From Deltaproteobacteria bacterium (GTDB lineage Bacteria > Desulfobacterota > Binatia > Binatales > Binataceae), in assembly GCA_021780225.1 (NCBI GenBank), contig JAJXZF010000027.1, positions 1,229 through 65,228 on the forward strand: a DNA stretch of 64,000 bases, in the 5' to 3' direction. Shown here piece by piece: positions 31,671-41,992 of the stretch. A model generated the notes under the pieces. It was not told the origin of the DNA. It searched no databases and saw nothing but the letters and a program-made list of their open reading frames with translations. How positions within the stretch are numbered: position 1 is the first letter of the stretch; each line of letters begins with the position of its first letter. A program made the position numbers and the translations under genes.

Positions 31671-31756
31671 CTTCAATTCCCTCGTCTTCGGATTGTAGCA
31701 CGCGCGGGAGACTCCGCGCGTCCTGCACAGCGGGCCGTTTTCGCCCCGGCTGCGAT

Positions 31757-32038
31757 TCAACTCTTGCGGTAAACCGAAAATTCCTCTTCCAGCCGGGACG
31801 CGCGATCTTGCGCCGATGCGATTCTCTGGGTGCGCAGGAAAAAATGCACCAATTCCTCGTGGCCGGCCGCGCCCGCCGGACTTGCGACCTCAACTAATTC
31901 CTCAATCAGGCTCGGAAATTTTTCGCCCGGAATATAGTAATTGGCCCAGCCGAAATTGCAGTAACGGTGAAGAATTTTGGCGATCGTTTTTTCCAGCGAT
32001 TCGCGCCGGTTTCCGCTCCGTTCCTCTTGCTGTGACAA
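31757..32038 (-). CDS. Hypothetical protein
   Basis: ORF with AAGGAG RBS that fills the gap in a co-oriented run; no family recognised. Confidence 0.55.
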   Translation of the reverse strand: MSQQEERSGNRRESLEKTIAKILHRYCNFGWANYYIPGEKFPSLIEELVEVASPAGAAGHEELVHFFLRTQRIASAQDRASRLEEEFSVYRKS

Positions 32039-32117
32039 CTTCCGCTCCTTGGTCCGCGCCGATCCGGCCGCGGCGGCTTGACGTTAGCTCAAACCGGACG
32101 CCGCTCCAAACCGTTCG

Positions 32118-33017
32118 TCAAGCGCTTTTTTCCCGCGCTTCGGAAGCTTCGCCCGCCGCCGGGTCCTCAATCCAGAGCAGCTTGTGATAGTCAAATCGCG
32201 AACCTTCGATCACGTTGAATTTCATGATCGCGAAATATGGAGACAAGTCGAAATCGCGCGGCGTGATCAGCGTCGCGGCCACGCGCCGCATCGCCCCGCG
32301 CGGCGCCGTTCGCGCGCTCCGCCGCCATACGAGACCCAGCGCGCGGCGCGGACGCGGCGGCGTGAAATCCGGCGGCAGCGGCTCGAAACGCGGCACGATC
32401 GGAAAGCGCACCCGCTCGAAACACTCGGCGATCATGCTCGAACAAATCAGCCGGGTGGGATCGGTGCTGCCGAACTCGAGCGCCTGGCGCCTCAGTTGCG
32501 GCGGTATGATACTCACTGGCAGGAAATAACGCGCAAGGTCGAAAAGGTTGCGCAGATCGTATTGTTTGCCGACGTCCTCCAGCGCGTGGCTCACCACTTC
32601 TTGCTGGTCCGCCGGCGTCAAGCCCCAGGGGCGGCACAGGCGAATGTTATACTCGCGATAATTCGCCAGCGGCGTCAGTATCACCCCTTCTTTGACCAGC
32701 GCCTCGACCAGCAGATGGTCGGCGTCGGCGCCGAATTTCTCGCGCAATGAAGGGTCGCGCCGGACCGCTTCGTCTCCCACATAAAGCGCCGAATGCGACC
32801 AGGAGCTCTGGGTGAGATACTTGATTACCTCGCTGATACGTTCGTTGCCCTCGACCAGCAACACATCGCCCTTGCGGATAATCCGGGCAAGCTGAGCCAT
32901 GTCGTTGGGGATGGAAAGCGTGTAGCTCGCGACCGGTTTGGACAACAGATTCGCGGCCAACTTCACCAGCCGGTTGAGCACGTAACCGATCGGATGACGC
33001 CAGGCGTGTTCCGCCAC
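32118..33017 (-). CDS. Permuted papain-like amidase (YiiX/YebB/NlpC-P60-like)
   Basis: KGDVLLV, WSHSALYVG (His) preceding VGKQYD...LICSSMIA (Cys), ITPRDF. Confidence 0.8.
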   Translation of the reverse strand: MAEHAWRHPIGYVLNRLVKLAANLLSKPVASYTLSIPNDMAQLARIIRKGDVLLVEGNERISEVIKYLTQSSWSHSALYVGDEAVRRDPSLREKFGADADHLLVEALVKEGVILTPLANYREYNIRLCRPWGLTPADQQEVVSHALEDVGKQYDLRNLFDLARYFLPVSIIPPQLRRQALEFGSTDPTRLICSSMIAECFERVRFPIVPRFEPLPPDFTPPRPRRALGLVWRRSARTAPRGAMRRVAATLITPRDFDLSPYFAIMKFNVIEGSRFDYHKLLWIEDPAAGEASEAREKSA

Positions 33018-33146
33018 TGCTGCTCAGGAATCGCCCGCTGACGCAATACGCGCCGATCCGGTGCGATCCTCCCTCGGCTCAAGAATATCAAGCGCGCGCC
33101 GATACGAAAATGCGGGCCGTCTGTATCTAAAGCATCGACCGGGCGA

Positions 33147-34256
33147 TCAGCCTTTGAATGAACCTACGATTCCGTAAAACGGCAAATTGATAGTCGGCTG
33201 ATTCGGATCGTCGGTCTTGATCGCGAGCATCCCGCGCAGCGCGCCATCCGGGCTGTTGGGCTGAAGCTGGAGCGTGATTTTGTATTCCTTGCCGGGCGTA
33301 ATCGGCTGAACCGACGCCACGACGTTTCGATTCGTGCTGGCGATTCCGACCACCTTGACGGTCCGCGGCCCAGTGTTTACCAGCCGCGCGTACTGCTGGG
33401 CGGGCTGGCGATGCTCCACCACGCCGAACGACACCTGCACCGGCTTCAGCGTCAGATCGCCCCGCACCTCTCCGAAAACCGAAACGTTTATCGGCTCGCG
33501 GCTGGTCGCAACCTTGACCATGTCGGCAAAGCCGCCCGCGGGCATCGATTTCAGCAGCGTGACCGTGAGTATCGCGCCCTGCTGGCCATGCGGACGGGGC
33601 GCCAGCGCGACTTTTATATCGCGATTCTCATTGCGCGCCGACTCGACCTTGAAGTCCGGGTCTTGAACGAGCGGGATAATCGCCACCTGGCGCGCGGCTT
33701 CCGTTCCATGTTTGACCACGCCGAACGCCACTTCGGCGGGCTCGGCGTCGACCGGCTGCCGGATATCGCCCTTCAGCGTCAGCACTATCGACTGCGCCTT
33801 GGGATCGTTGGTCGCGACCGTGATCGTGCGCGTGGTCGGCCCGTGTTCCGAAGTCGTATCAAGGCTGGTCGCGATTTCCGACATATCTCCCGGCGCGACG
33901 GTCGCTTTGGTCGGCTTCGCGGCTGTGCATCCGCACGAGGTGATCACCGCGCCGATCACCAGCGGCGCGGTTCCGTCGTTGCGGATTTTGAATACGTGGG
34001 CGACCGGTTTGCCGCCGATCACCGTGCCGAAATCGAAAACGCGCTCGCTCGCGATCGCCTGCGGCGCACCCATACTCGCCGGCCCGGCCGGAAATCCCAG
34101 ATTGATCGTCGCGGAACCCGATCCGGACGAAGCGCCGCCCTGCATGAGTCCGCCGCCTTGCAAATCTCCCGATTGCGCCGCGGCCACGCCCGCGATGCCG
34201 GCGGCGACCGCCGCGACCATCGCCGCCCGCGCCGCGAATAAACGAAGCCGCATCAT
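33147..34256 (-). CDS. Secreted DUF1573-domain Ig-like repeat protein
   Basis: Signal peptide; FDFGTV...FKIRNDGTAPLVI...TSCGCT; three tandem Ig-like repeats ending in TNDP/TDDP. Confidence 0.8.
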   Translation of the reverse strand: MMRLRLFAARAAMVAAVAAGIAGVAAAQSGDLQGGGLMQGGASSGSGSATINLGFPAGPASMGAPQAIASERVFDFGTVIGGKPVAHVFKIRNDGTAPLVIGAVITSCGCTAAKPTKATVAPGDMSEIATSLDTTSEHGPTTRTITVATNDPKAQSIVLTLKGDIRQPVDAEPAEVAFGVVKHGTEAARQVAIIPLVQDPDFKVESARNENRDIKVALAPRPHGQQGAILTVTLLKSMPAGGFADMVKVATSREPINVSVFGEVRGDLTLKPVQVSFGVVEHRQPAQQYARLVNTGPRTVKVVGIASTNRNVVASVQPITPGKEYKITLQLQPNSPDGALRGMLAIKTDDPNQPTINLPFYGIVGSFKG

Positions 34257-34283
34257 CGAATACCGAAATATCCCGGCAATCCG

Positions 34284-35669
34284 TCAACCGTTGGCGACGC
34301 CGCGCATCGGCGCCGCTTCCGCCGCCGGCGCGGCTTCATAACGCTTCAGAAAATCGGTCGCGAAATCGCCGCGCACAAAATCCGCTTCGTCAAGAATTCG
34401 CAGATGCAGCGGGATATTGGTTTTGATTCCGTCGATCAGATACTCGCGCAGCGCCGCTTTCGCGCGCGCGATCGCAAGCCCGCGATCGTCGGCGTGAACA
34501 ATCAGCTTCGCGATCAGCGGATCGTAATGCACCGGCACGCGGTAGCCGTCATACAATGCGGTTTCGACCCGCACCCCAAGCCCGCCGGGCGAATGATGGT
34601 TGGTCACCACGCCGGGCGACGGCAGGTGCGTATCCGGATCTTCCGCGTAAACCCGCAGCTCGATCGCGGCGCCGGTAATTTCAACCTGCTTCTGCTTGAT
34701 TCCGAGCGGCTCGCCCGCCGCAATCCGGATACTTTCGCGCACCAGATCGGTCGCCGTGACCATCTCGGTCACGCCGTGCTCGACCTGAATCCGCGTATTC
34801 ATCTCGATGAAATAGAACTGGCCGTCGGGCGCGAGCAAAAATTCAACCGTGCCGACATTCGAGTAGCCGACCACCTGCGCCGCCCGCACCGCGGCCTTGC
34901 CCATCCGCTCGCGCAAGCGCTTGGTCATCACCGGGCACGGAGCCTCTTCGAGCACCTTCTGATGGCGCCGCTGGATCGAACAGTCGCGCTCGCCCAGATG
35001 AATCGCGTTGCGGTTATTGTCCGCCAGAATCTGGAATTCGACGTGGCGCGCCCGCTCCAGGTATTTCTCCAGATACATCGTGCGCGACCCGAACGCCGCT
35101 TCGCTTTCCGCCCGGGCGAGCGGAAACAGCCGCGCCAGCTCCTGCTCGTCGCGCACCACCCGCATCCCTTTGCCGCCGCCGCCGGCCGCCGCCTTGATCA
35201 GCACGGGAAATCCGAGACGCCTGGCGTCTTCCTGGGCGTCGCGCAGTTCGGTGACGCCGGTGCCCTCGCTGCCGGGCAGCACCGGCACGCCCGCCCGCTT
35301 CATGATCCGGCGCGCCCGCGGCTTGTCGCCCATCAATCTGATATGGCGCGCCCGCGGTCCGACAAAAGTGACGCCCGAGCGCTTGCAGGCCTCCGCGAAA
35401 TCGCCGTTTTCAGAAAGGAAGCCGTAGCCCGGATGCACCGCGTCAGCGCCATAGGTCAACACCGTGCTGACGATCGCCGGAATATTAAGGTAGCTGTCTT
35501 CCGCCGCCGGCGGACCAATGCATACCGCCTCGTCCGCCATCCGCACGTGCAGCGCGTCCTTATCCGCGGTCGAGTAGATTGCGAGCGTGCGGATTCCCAA
35601 TTCGCGGCACGCCCGGATAATCCGGATCGCTATCGTCCCGCGATTCGCCACCAGCAGTTTTTTGAACAT
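34284..35669 (-). CDS. accC: Acetyl-CoA carboxylase biotin carboxylase
   Basis: LVANRG, HPGYGFLSEN, KAAAGGGGKGMR, ERDCSIQRRHQK, EMNTRIQVEH. Confidence 0.95.
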   Translation of the reverse strand: MFKKLLVANRGTIAIRIIRACRELGIRTLAIYSTADKDALHVRMADEAVCIGPPAAEDSYLNIPAIVSTVLTYGADAVHPGYGFLSENGDFAEACKRSGVTFVGPRARHIRLMGDKPRARRIMKRAGVPVLPGSEGTGVTELRDAQEDARRLGFPVLIKAAAGGGGKGMRVVRDEQELARLFPLARAESEAAFGSRTMYLEKYLERARHVEFQILADNNRNAIHLGERDCSIQRRHQKVLEEAPCPVMTKRLRERMGKAAVRAAQVVGYSNVGTVEFLLAPDGQFYFIEMNTRIQVEHGVTEMVTATDLVRESIRIAAGEPLGIKQKQVEITGAAIELRVYAEDPDTHLPSPGVVTNHHSPGGLGVRVETALYDGYRVPVHYDPLIAKLIVHADDRGLAIARAKAALREYLIDGIKTNIPLHLRILDEADFVRGDFATDFLKRYEAAPAAEAAPMRGVANG

Positions 35670-35706
35670 CGCCTGAGTCTCCCGGCCGCGCTTGTCCGCG
35701 CGGCCG

Positions 35707-36198
35707 TCATCCGACCTCGAGGACCATCAGCGGCTGGCCGTACTCGACCGGCTGTCCGTTCTCGCACAATACTTTTACGATTCGGCCGCCGGCTTCGGCT
35801 TCGATTTCGTTCATCATCTTCATCGCCTCGATGATGCACAGGATCTGGCCTTTGCGCACCGAGTCGTTTTCCTCGACGAAGGGATCGGCGTCGGGCGAGG
35901 CCGCGCGATAGAACGTTCCCACCATCGGGCTGGTCACCATGCGTTGGTTGTCGGCCAGAGCCGGCGGCGCCTGCGCGGCGCGCGCGCCGTTTTCGGCGGC
36001 GCGCTTGATCGCTATTTTCGCCGGCCCGGGCGCTTCCGCCCGAACCGCCGGCGCCATCTGCACCTCGGCCGCTCCGGACGGCGCGGGCGCGCCGCCGCGC
36101 ACCAGCCGCACCTTGCCCTTTTTGTCTTCGATTTCCAGTTCCACCAACCCGTAATCGCGCATCAGGGTCAGCAGCGCTTTGAGTTCTCTTGCTTCCAT
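35707..36198 (-). CDS. accB: Biotin carboxyl carrier protein
   Basis: [20 protein letters not shown] biotinyl-Lys. Confidence 0.95.
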   Translation of the reverse strand: MEARELKALLTLMRDYGLVELEIEDKKGKVRLVRGGAPAPSGAAEVQMAPAVRAEAPGPAKIAIKRAAENGARAAQAPPALADNQRMVTSPMVGTFYRAASPDADPFVEENDSVRKGQILCIIEAMKMMNEIEAEAGGRIVKVLCENGQPVEYGQPLMVLEVG

Positions 36199-36330
36199 CG
36201 CTTTCCGTGCGTCGCCCGCCGGGCGCGCCGCGCGCGCCGTTGCGGTCGCCCTCAATGCCCGAATTGTCCCGCCGCGTTCGTTGCTCGATCCCATGGTGAT
36301 TGCCGTCCGTCCGCGCTTCGGAAGTTCCGC

Positions 36331-36819
36331 CTACGACCGGCTGGCGCCGTTCGCGATTTGCGCCGCCGCGCGCAGCGCCAACAAGTAACTCTCCGCTCCG
36401 AACCCCAGGATTCTTCCCACGACTATGTCGGCGATGGTCGAATGATGCCGCATCGGCTCGCGTTTATAGACGTTTGAGAGATGCACTTCGATACAGGGCG
36501 CGCCGATCGCAAGAATCACGTCGCGGATGGCGACGCTGGTATGCGTATATGCGGCGGGATTGATTATCAGCGCCTGAATCTTGCCGCGCGCCGCCTGAAT
36601 CCGATCGACGATCGCGCCTTCGCTGTTGGATTGGAACGTCTCGACCGCCACCCCCAGCTCGTGGCCAAGCCCGCGCAGCGCCGCATCGATATCTTTCAGC
36701 GTGGTTCGCCCGTAAACCTCGGGTTCGCGCTCGCCCAACAGATTCAGGTTCGGGCCGTGAACCACCAACACCGACGGTAAAGTTGCGCCCGCTTCGCCCA
36801 GCCTAGCTTCCCTCGCCAT
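36331..36819 (-). CDS. aroQ: Type II 3-dehydroquinate dehydratase
   Basis: [40 protein letters not shown]. Confidence 0.95.
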   Translation of the reverse strand: MAREARLGEAGATLPSVLVVHGPNLNLLGEREPEVYGRTTLKDIDAALRGLGHELGVAVETFQSNSEGAIVDRIQAARGKIQALIINPAAYTHTSVAIRDVILAIGAPCIEVHLSNVYKREPMRHHSTIADIVVGRILGFGAESYLLALRAAAQIANGASRS

Positions 36820-37070
36820 CAAACCTGCTCATTAGCGAATTGAATCCTACCAGTTCAGCGGTTTCAAGCCGACCGGCCCGGCCGCACGCCGTCGTGTTGG
36901 CGTTCATCCACAGCCGGCTCCGCCGTTCCGCGCCGGCAAGGTCATTAACAATGCTTCGATTCACAACGCGCGCGCGCCTTATCTTTCCGTTGGCAATCTC
37001 GGCGGAAAAGTTGCAGAATCGGAGCGGATCGATTTGAGCAAACAAATGCTTGACGGAGGGATCCAAGAAT

Positions 37071-38198
37071 ATGAAGTTCGGCCTGCTTTATGAAATGGAA
37101 ACGCCGCGGCCATGGAATGCGCTGAGCGAGTATAACGTCTATTGGGAAGCGCTCGCTCAAATCGAACTCGCCGACCGCATCGGCATCGATTACGTCTGGG
37201 AAGTCGAGCATCACTTTCTCGAAGAATATTCGCACAGCTCCGCGCCCGAAGTCTTTTATGGCGCGGTCAGCCAGCGCACCAAGAATATTCGGATCGCCCA
37301 TGGCGTCCGCCTCCTGCCCTTCAATTTCAACAATCCGATCAAAGTCGCCGAGCAGGCCGCCGTGCTGGATATCCTGAGCAACGGCCGGATGGAGTTGGGA
37401 ACTGGCCGTTCGACCACCTCGCAGGAACTCGACGGCTTCAGCGTCGATTACGATCGCACCCGTCAGGAGGTCCGCGAGGCCCTCGATATCATCGTCAAGG
37501 CTTGGACCGACGACGTGCTTGAATACAATGGCAAGCTGATCAAGGTTCCGCCCCGGCGGGTCGTGCCCAAGCCGATTCAGAAGCCCCATCCGGCGATGTG
37601 GATGGCGTGTGTGGCCCCCGACAGCTATCAGATGGCGGGCGACCGCGGGATGGGCGTGCTAAGCTTCAGCCTCAACTGGGAGTTGGTGCGCAAGGCGATG
37701 GAGGCCTATCACAAGTCGTTCGCGAATCGCACCGACCAGGTCGGCAAGGTTCCCAACGAGCAGTTCGGCGGACTGGTGATCTGCCACGTCGCCGAGAACA
37801 AGGAAGACGAGGCGATCGGATTGGACGGCGCGCGCTGGTTCATGCACCACGTCGCCAAGCTGTTCGAGCCGCTGATGTCCAAGAACAAGCTCTACTCTTA
37901 CGAATACCTGCGCAATCTGATGGCGATGGACCTCGACCCGAAGGACGCGCCCGACGCGCAGCTGAAGCAGCATCAGATGGTCGTCGTCGGCAATCCCGAC
38001 GAGGTCAACCGCAAGCTCGAGGAGTTCCAGCGCAACGGCCTCGATCAGGTTATCTGCCTCAAGCAGGCGGGCCGCATTCCCCATCGGAACATCATGAAGT
38101 CGCTGCGCCTGATGGCGAAGCATGTGCTGCCGCACTTCAACCCGCATCGCACGATCGCGAGCGAGGAGACGGCGCTGGCGGCGGCCGGCGGCCGATAA
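37071..38198 (+). CDS. LLM-class flavin-dependent oxidoreductase
   Basis: WEVEHHF, AEQAAVLDILSNGRMELGTGRS, PKPIQKPHP. Confidence 0.92.
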   Translation: MKFGLLYEMETPRPWNALSEYNVYWEALAQIELADRIGIDYVWEVEHHFLEEYSHSSAPEVFYGAVSQRTKNIRIAHGVRLLPFNFNNPIKVAEQAAVLDILSNGRMELGTGRSTTSQELDGFSVDYDRTRQEVREALDIIVKAWTDDVLEYNGKLIKVPPRRVVPKPIQKPHPAMWMACVAPDSYQMAGDRGMGVLSFSLNWELVRKAMEAYHKSFANRTDQVGKVPNEQFGGLVICHVAENKEDEAIGLDGARWFMHHVAKLFEPLMSKNKLYSYEYLRNLMAMDLDPKDAPDAQLKQHQMVVVGNPDEVNRKLEEFQRNGLDQVICLKQAGRIPHRNIMKSLRLMAKHVLPHFNPHRTIASEETALAAAGGR

Positions 38199-38307
38199 AA
38201 TACAGCGTGCGCGGCGCGGCGCTTTGTCGCCGCGCCGCGCACGTCGATTCGCGGCGCGGCGGCGCCTGACCGGCGATCTGTCCGCCGCGCTCAGAAGGTA
38301 CGGGTCG

Positions 38308-38676
38308 ATGGTTCAGATCGGCAACCATCTGAAGATGAACGTCGCGCCCGAATTGCGCGATCGCACGCGCGCCTTCTATGGCGTTCTCCTCGGATGCAAA
38401 CGGCTCGACAGCGGCCGGAGCGACCTCGACCTTTACGAATTCGACGGCGGCTTCGTGCTGGGCCTCTTTTTCGTCCCCGCCGATGAAACCCTGCCCGATT
38501 CGGTTTATGAGCGGGCGACATGGATGGAACTCAAGGTTGACGATCCGGCGGCATGGAAAACGCGCATTCAGGCCTTCGGCGTGCGCGAAGTCGCCTATCC
38601 GGACGCGACGCGCTTCTTCTTCGCCGCTCCCGGCGGACAAGTTTTTCGCCTGGCGCCGCTCGATGGAGGCGTGTAA
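38308..38676 (+). CDS. VOC/glyoxalase-like protein
   Basis: RAFYGVLLGC, ELKVDD, RFFFAAPGGQVFRL. Confidence 0.7.
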   Translation: MVQIGNHLKMNVAPELRDRTRAFYGVLLGCKRLDSGRSDLDLYEFDGGFVLGLFFVPADETLPDSVYERATWMELKVDDPAAWKTRIQAFGVREVAYPDATRFFFAAPGGQVFRLAPLDGGV

Positions 38677-38755
38677 GACGCTTCGTTCTGGCGCTCCATC
38701 CGCATGAATTCCTGAATCGCATCACGAACGTTTTTCCGCAATCACGGCAATCAGA

Positions 38756-39922
38756 ATGACCAAGGAAAAATTTACCGTCGCAATCCCCGACGCGGTCCTC
38801 AACGATTTGCGCGAGCGGCTCGCCCGCGCCCGTTTCGCTCCCGATTTCGCCAACGCCGACTGGACCTTCGGCACGGAAGCCAACTACCTGAAGGAGCTGG
38901 CCGCCTACTGGCGCGATCGTTTCGATTGGCGCGCCGTCGAACGCGAGATGAACAGCTACGCGCATTACCGAACGCAAATCGACGGGATGCCGATTCATTT
39001 CATCCACGAACCCGGCAAAGGGCCGCAGCCGATTCCGATTATTATGAGCCACGGATGGCCGTGGACGTTCTGGGACTTGCACAAGGTGATTCGTCCGCTC
39101 GCCGATCCCGCCGCGCACGGCGGCGACGCGCGCGACGCCTTCGACGTAATCGTTCCTTCGCTCCCCGGTTACGGTTTTTCGACTCCGCTCGCGACCACCG
39201 GAATCAACTACTGGAACACCGCGGATCTGTGGGTCAAATTGATGCGCGACGTGCTCGGCTACGACAAGTTCGCCGCCCAGGGTGGCGATTGGGGCGCGCT
39301 CGTCACCGCGCAACTCGGTCATAAATACGCGCAACATCTGATTGGCGTGCACGTTCATCTGCTCGCATCGCTCAGCTTCTTCGGAGGTCAGGACGGCCCC
39401 AAACCGGAAGATTACGGCCCCGACGAACAAGGCTGGCTGGAGCACAGCCGCCGTTTCATGAGCGAAGGCAGCGGCTACATGGCGATCCAGTCCACGCGCC
39501 CGCAAACGCTGGCGCAGGCGCTCAACGATTCGCCCGCCGGACTCTGTTCGTGGATTCTCGAAAAACGCCGCGCCTGGAGCGATTGCGGCGGCGCCGTCGA
39601 GCGGCGCTTCACCAAAGACGATCTCTGCACCACGATGACGATTTACTGGGCGACGCAGAGCTTCAACACCTCCGCGCGTTATTACTACGAAGCCGCGCAC
39701 AACCCGTGGCGGCCGTCGCACGACCGCACGCCGGTGGTCGAGGCGCCGACCGGCGCCGCCGTCTTTCTGAAGGAAGTATTGCTGATGCCGCGGCGGTGGG
39801 CCGAGCGCTACTACAATCTGAAACGATGGACGGTGATGCCAAGCGGCGGGCATTTCGCGCCGATGGAGGAACCGCGGGCGCTGGTCGAGGATATTCGCGC
39901 CTTCTTCCGTCCGCTGCGCTGA
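38756..39922 (+). CDS. Epoxide hydrolase (microsomal type)
   Basis: EHN N-terminus, HGWPW, PSLPGYGFS, QGGDWG, GGHFAPMEEP. Confidence 0.93.
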   Translation: MTKEKFTVAIPDAVLNDLRERLARARFAPDFANADWTFGTEANYLKELAAYWRDRFDWRAVEREMNSYAHYRTQIDGMPIHFIHEPGKGPQPIPIIMSHGWPWTFWDLHKVIRPLADPAAHGGDARDAFDVIVPSLPGYGFSTPLATTGINYWNTADLWVKLMRDVLGYDKFAAQGGDWGALVTAQLGHKYAQHLIGVHVHLLASLSFFGGQDGPKPEDYGPDEQGWLEHSRRFMSEGSGYMAIQSTRPQTLAQALNDSPAGLCSWILEKRRAWSDCGGAVERRFTKDDLCTTMTIYWATQSFNTSARYYYEAAHNPWRPSHDRTPVVEAPTGAAVFLKEVLLMPRRWAERYYNLKRWTVMPSGGHFAPMEEPRALVEDIRAFFRPLR

Positions 39923-39939
39923 ACGCCCCGCGCGGCCGT

Positions 39940-40587
39940 TCAGCGTTCCATAAGAAAATCGGCAAGCTCGGCCGGCGTGGAGCAGATTCGTTCCGCGCCG
40001 GCCGCTTCCAGCTCCGCGCGCGATCCGTAGCCCCACGTCACGCCGATCGGGAACAGGCCGTTCTTCCCGCCCGCCGCGATATCGTGCTCGCGATCGCCAA
40101 CGATCGCCGCCGACCCGGCCTCGATCCGTTCGCGTTCCATCAGCTCGCGCACCATGTCATTCTTGTCCGCCAGCCGCGCATTGCCGGCGACGGCCGCGAA
40201 ATAGCGCCCGATCGCGCACAGCGCGAGAACCCGCTCGGCCGTCGCCGTGTTTTTGAAAGTGACGACATAAAGCCGGGAATCGCCGCGCAACTCCCGGAGC
40301 ATCCGCTCGACGCCCCGATATGGCGCGCTCTCGGCGGCGCCGCTCGCCGCGTAGGAGGCGAGATAGATTGCCGCCGCCCGATCGGCGAGGTCGGCCTTGC
40401 CGTGCGGCACGAGCAGCCGCACGAAAATCTCGCGCAGCGGCGGTCCGACCGCCCAGCGCAGATCGTCGCCGGCCGGCGGCTCGACGCCCAGTTCATCCAG
40501 CGCATACCGTATTGTCTTGACGATTCCGGCGCCCGGATCGGTCAGGGTGCCGTCGAGATCGAACAGGATGTCCTTAAACTTCGCCAT
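39940..40587 (-). CDS. HAD-family hydrolase (phosphoglycolate phosphatase-like)
   Basis: FDLDGTLTD, VGDREHDI, GVTWGYG. Confidence 0.9.
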   Translation of the reverse strand: MAKFKDILFDLDGTLTDPGAGIVKTIRYALDELGVEPPAGDDLRWAVGPPLREIFVRLLVPHGKADLADRAAAIYLASYAASGAAESAPYRGVERMLRELRGDSRLYVVTFKNTATAERVLALCAIGRYFAAVAGNARLADKNDMVRELMERERIEAGSAAIVGDREHDIAAGGKNGLFPIGVTWGYGSRAELEAAGAERICSTPAELADFLMER

Positions 40588-40777
40588 CGCGGATTCTTCG
40601 GCGCATCATCCGCGCCGTGCTACAAGCTACTCTGTCCGTCCCCGCGTCGCTTGAAGGGTGAAGAATTTCATCCTTGGCGGACGGGCGCGTCCGCGTCAAT
40701 GTCGGCCCCGCCGCCGGCTCGCGGCCCAACATCATCATTTGCACCAAGGCCTCCAAATGTTTTATCCTTCGAGACCG

Positions 40778-41077
40778 ATGAGGACTCGGAACATTCCAGT
40801 CACCTATGACATCCCTGAAGGCATGTCCGCAGAGTACGCGACGCATGTCGTTGTACAGAATGCCGAGAGGGAAATATTTTTGTTGTTTTTTCAGGTCCAG
40901 CCCCCCATCTTTGTTGGAGAAGCTGAGGAGCGGCAAAAGCAACTTAAGGCGCTGGCTTCCGTTCCCACACGTTGCGTTTCCAAAATAATCCTTTCGCCGG
41001 CAAAAGTTCCGGAGTTAATCGAAGCGCTGCAGGAAATTGTTAAGCGGCGGCAGCAAGATTTTACAGAGGAGACCTAA
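40778..41077 (+). CDS. DUF3467-like protein
   Basis: About 99 aa; AEYATHVVVQ...EIFLLFFQVQPP and KIILSPAKVPELIEALQE match the DUF3467 pattern as recalled; low GC. Confidence 0.65.
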   Translation: MRTRNIPVTYDIPEGMSAEYATHVVVQNAEREIFLLFFQVQPPIFVGEAEERQKQLKALASVPTRCVSKIILSPAKVPELIEALQEIVKRRQQDFTEET

Positions 41078-41085
41078 GGGCGCCG

Positions 41086-41517
41086 ATGCTGATGGATTGT
41101 GGCACGACCGCCGCAGTTGGATACCGATTCTCATCCCGCGGGAACAGGCGCCAAACGTGGCCGCTTGGATCCCAAGTAGCGTCCACCACTACGGCGCTGC
41201 ATTCTGTACCATTTGTGGGATGGCTTAATGCTGACCTTGAAGGCGATCTGCGATTGCGCTTAATACATCCGTTATATCTGCAAATCGAGGATGATGAGGA
41301 TGGGGGCGCCATCGTCAGCGATTCTCTTTTTGGAGTTTATGGTGAAGGCAAGACCCTGGGTGCGGCAATTGAAGATTTCCGGTCGGCTTTGACGGATTTT
41401 TATTTCCTCCTTCGTGAGCGAAGTGAACGCAGTTCCGAAGATGCGGATGCTTATAGTAGTCTGACGCGAATCATCGAAGCAGTTCCGCCGCAAACATCTA
41501 CCGCATCAAAACGTTAG
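41086..41517 (+). CDS. HicB-like antitoxin with N-terminal extension
   Basis: LQIEDDEDGGAIVSDSLFGVYGEGKTLGAAIEDFRSAL is the HicB partial RNase H-fold pattern; no obvious C-terminal HTH/RHH. Confidence 0.65.
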   Translation: MLMDCGTTAAVGYRFSSRGNRRQTWPLGSQVASTTTALHSVPFVGWLNADLEGDLRLRLIHPLYLQIEDDEDGGAIVSDSLFGVYGEGKTLGAAIEDFRSALTDFYFLLRERSERSSEDADAYSSLTRIIEAVPPQTSTASKR

Positions 41518-41539
41518 ACTCGATTTTCCAGTCCCGTCA

Positions 41540-41836
41540 ATGCCGATCAAACCTGGGGAATTCGAGAACAAAATGCGGCAGAAATTTAAATTTCAGACCG
41601 CAAAGAATCATTCTGACGATCATATTTGGTTGGAACTCAAGCTGGAAGGGGCCCCCGCAGTGCTCACGAAACTTTCCCGCAATGGAGATGAACTGCGTGA
41701 TCGACTCATTGGCAAAATTGCCCGCCAGCTTCGCGTGAAGACGTCATATCTAAAAGAAATGGTTGATTGTACCAAAAGTCAATCCGAATATTACGAGCTG
41801 GTTCGCAATACTCCCGTCCGCCCTTTCGGCACATAG
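41540..41836 (+). CDS. HicA-like toxin (putative mRNA interferase)
   Basis: Basic 98 aa; KFKF...SDDHIW (His) ...ELRDRLIGKIARQLRV resembles the HicA dsRBD-like fold; adjacent to the HicB-like gene. Confidence 0.6.
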   Translation: MPIKPGEFENKMRQKFKFQTAKNHSDDHIWLELKLEGAPAVLTKLSRNGDELRDRLIGKIARQLRVKTSYLKEMVDCTKSQSEYYELVRNTPVRPFGT

Positions 41837-41992
41837 CACATCAACGTTCCGCGCGCGCTCCACAGGCCAGACAGTTTGTGGAGCCAGTGTAGAGGATCCC
41901 GCGGTATCGGAATTTGTATCGTTAAGGCCGTGAATCCAGAGGGCCGGCAGCCCGCTCGGTATGATAGATCGTAGCGCGACTTGCCCAATCAA

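Noticed and set aside
41840..41990. Possible structured RNA (RNase P or 6S) downstream of rsmI
   Set aside because: Only short hairpins are present, the RNase P signature is absent, and the region is too short to call without a covariance search.
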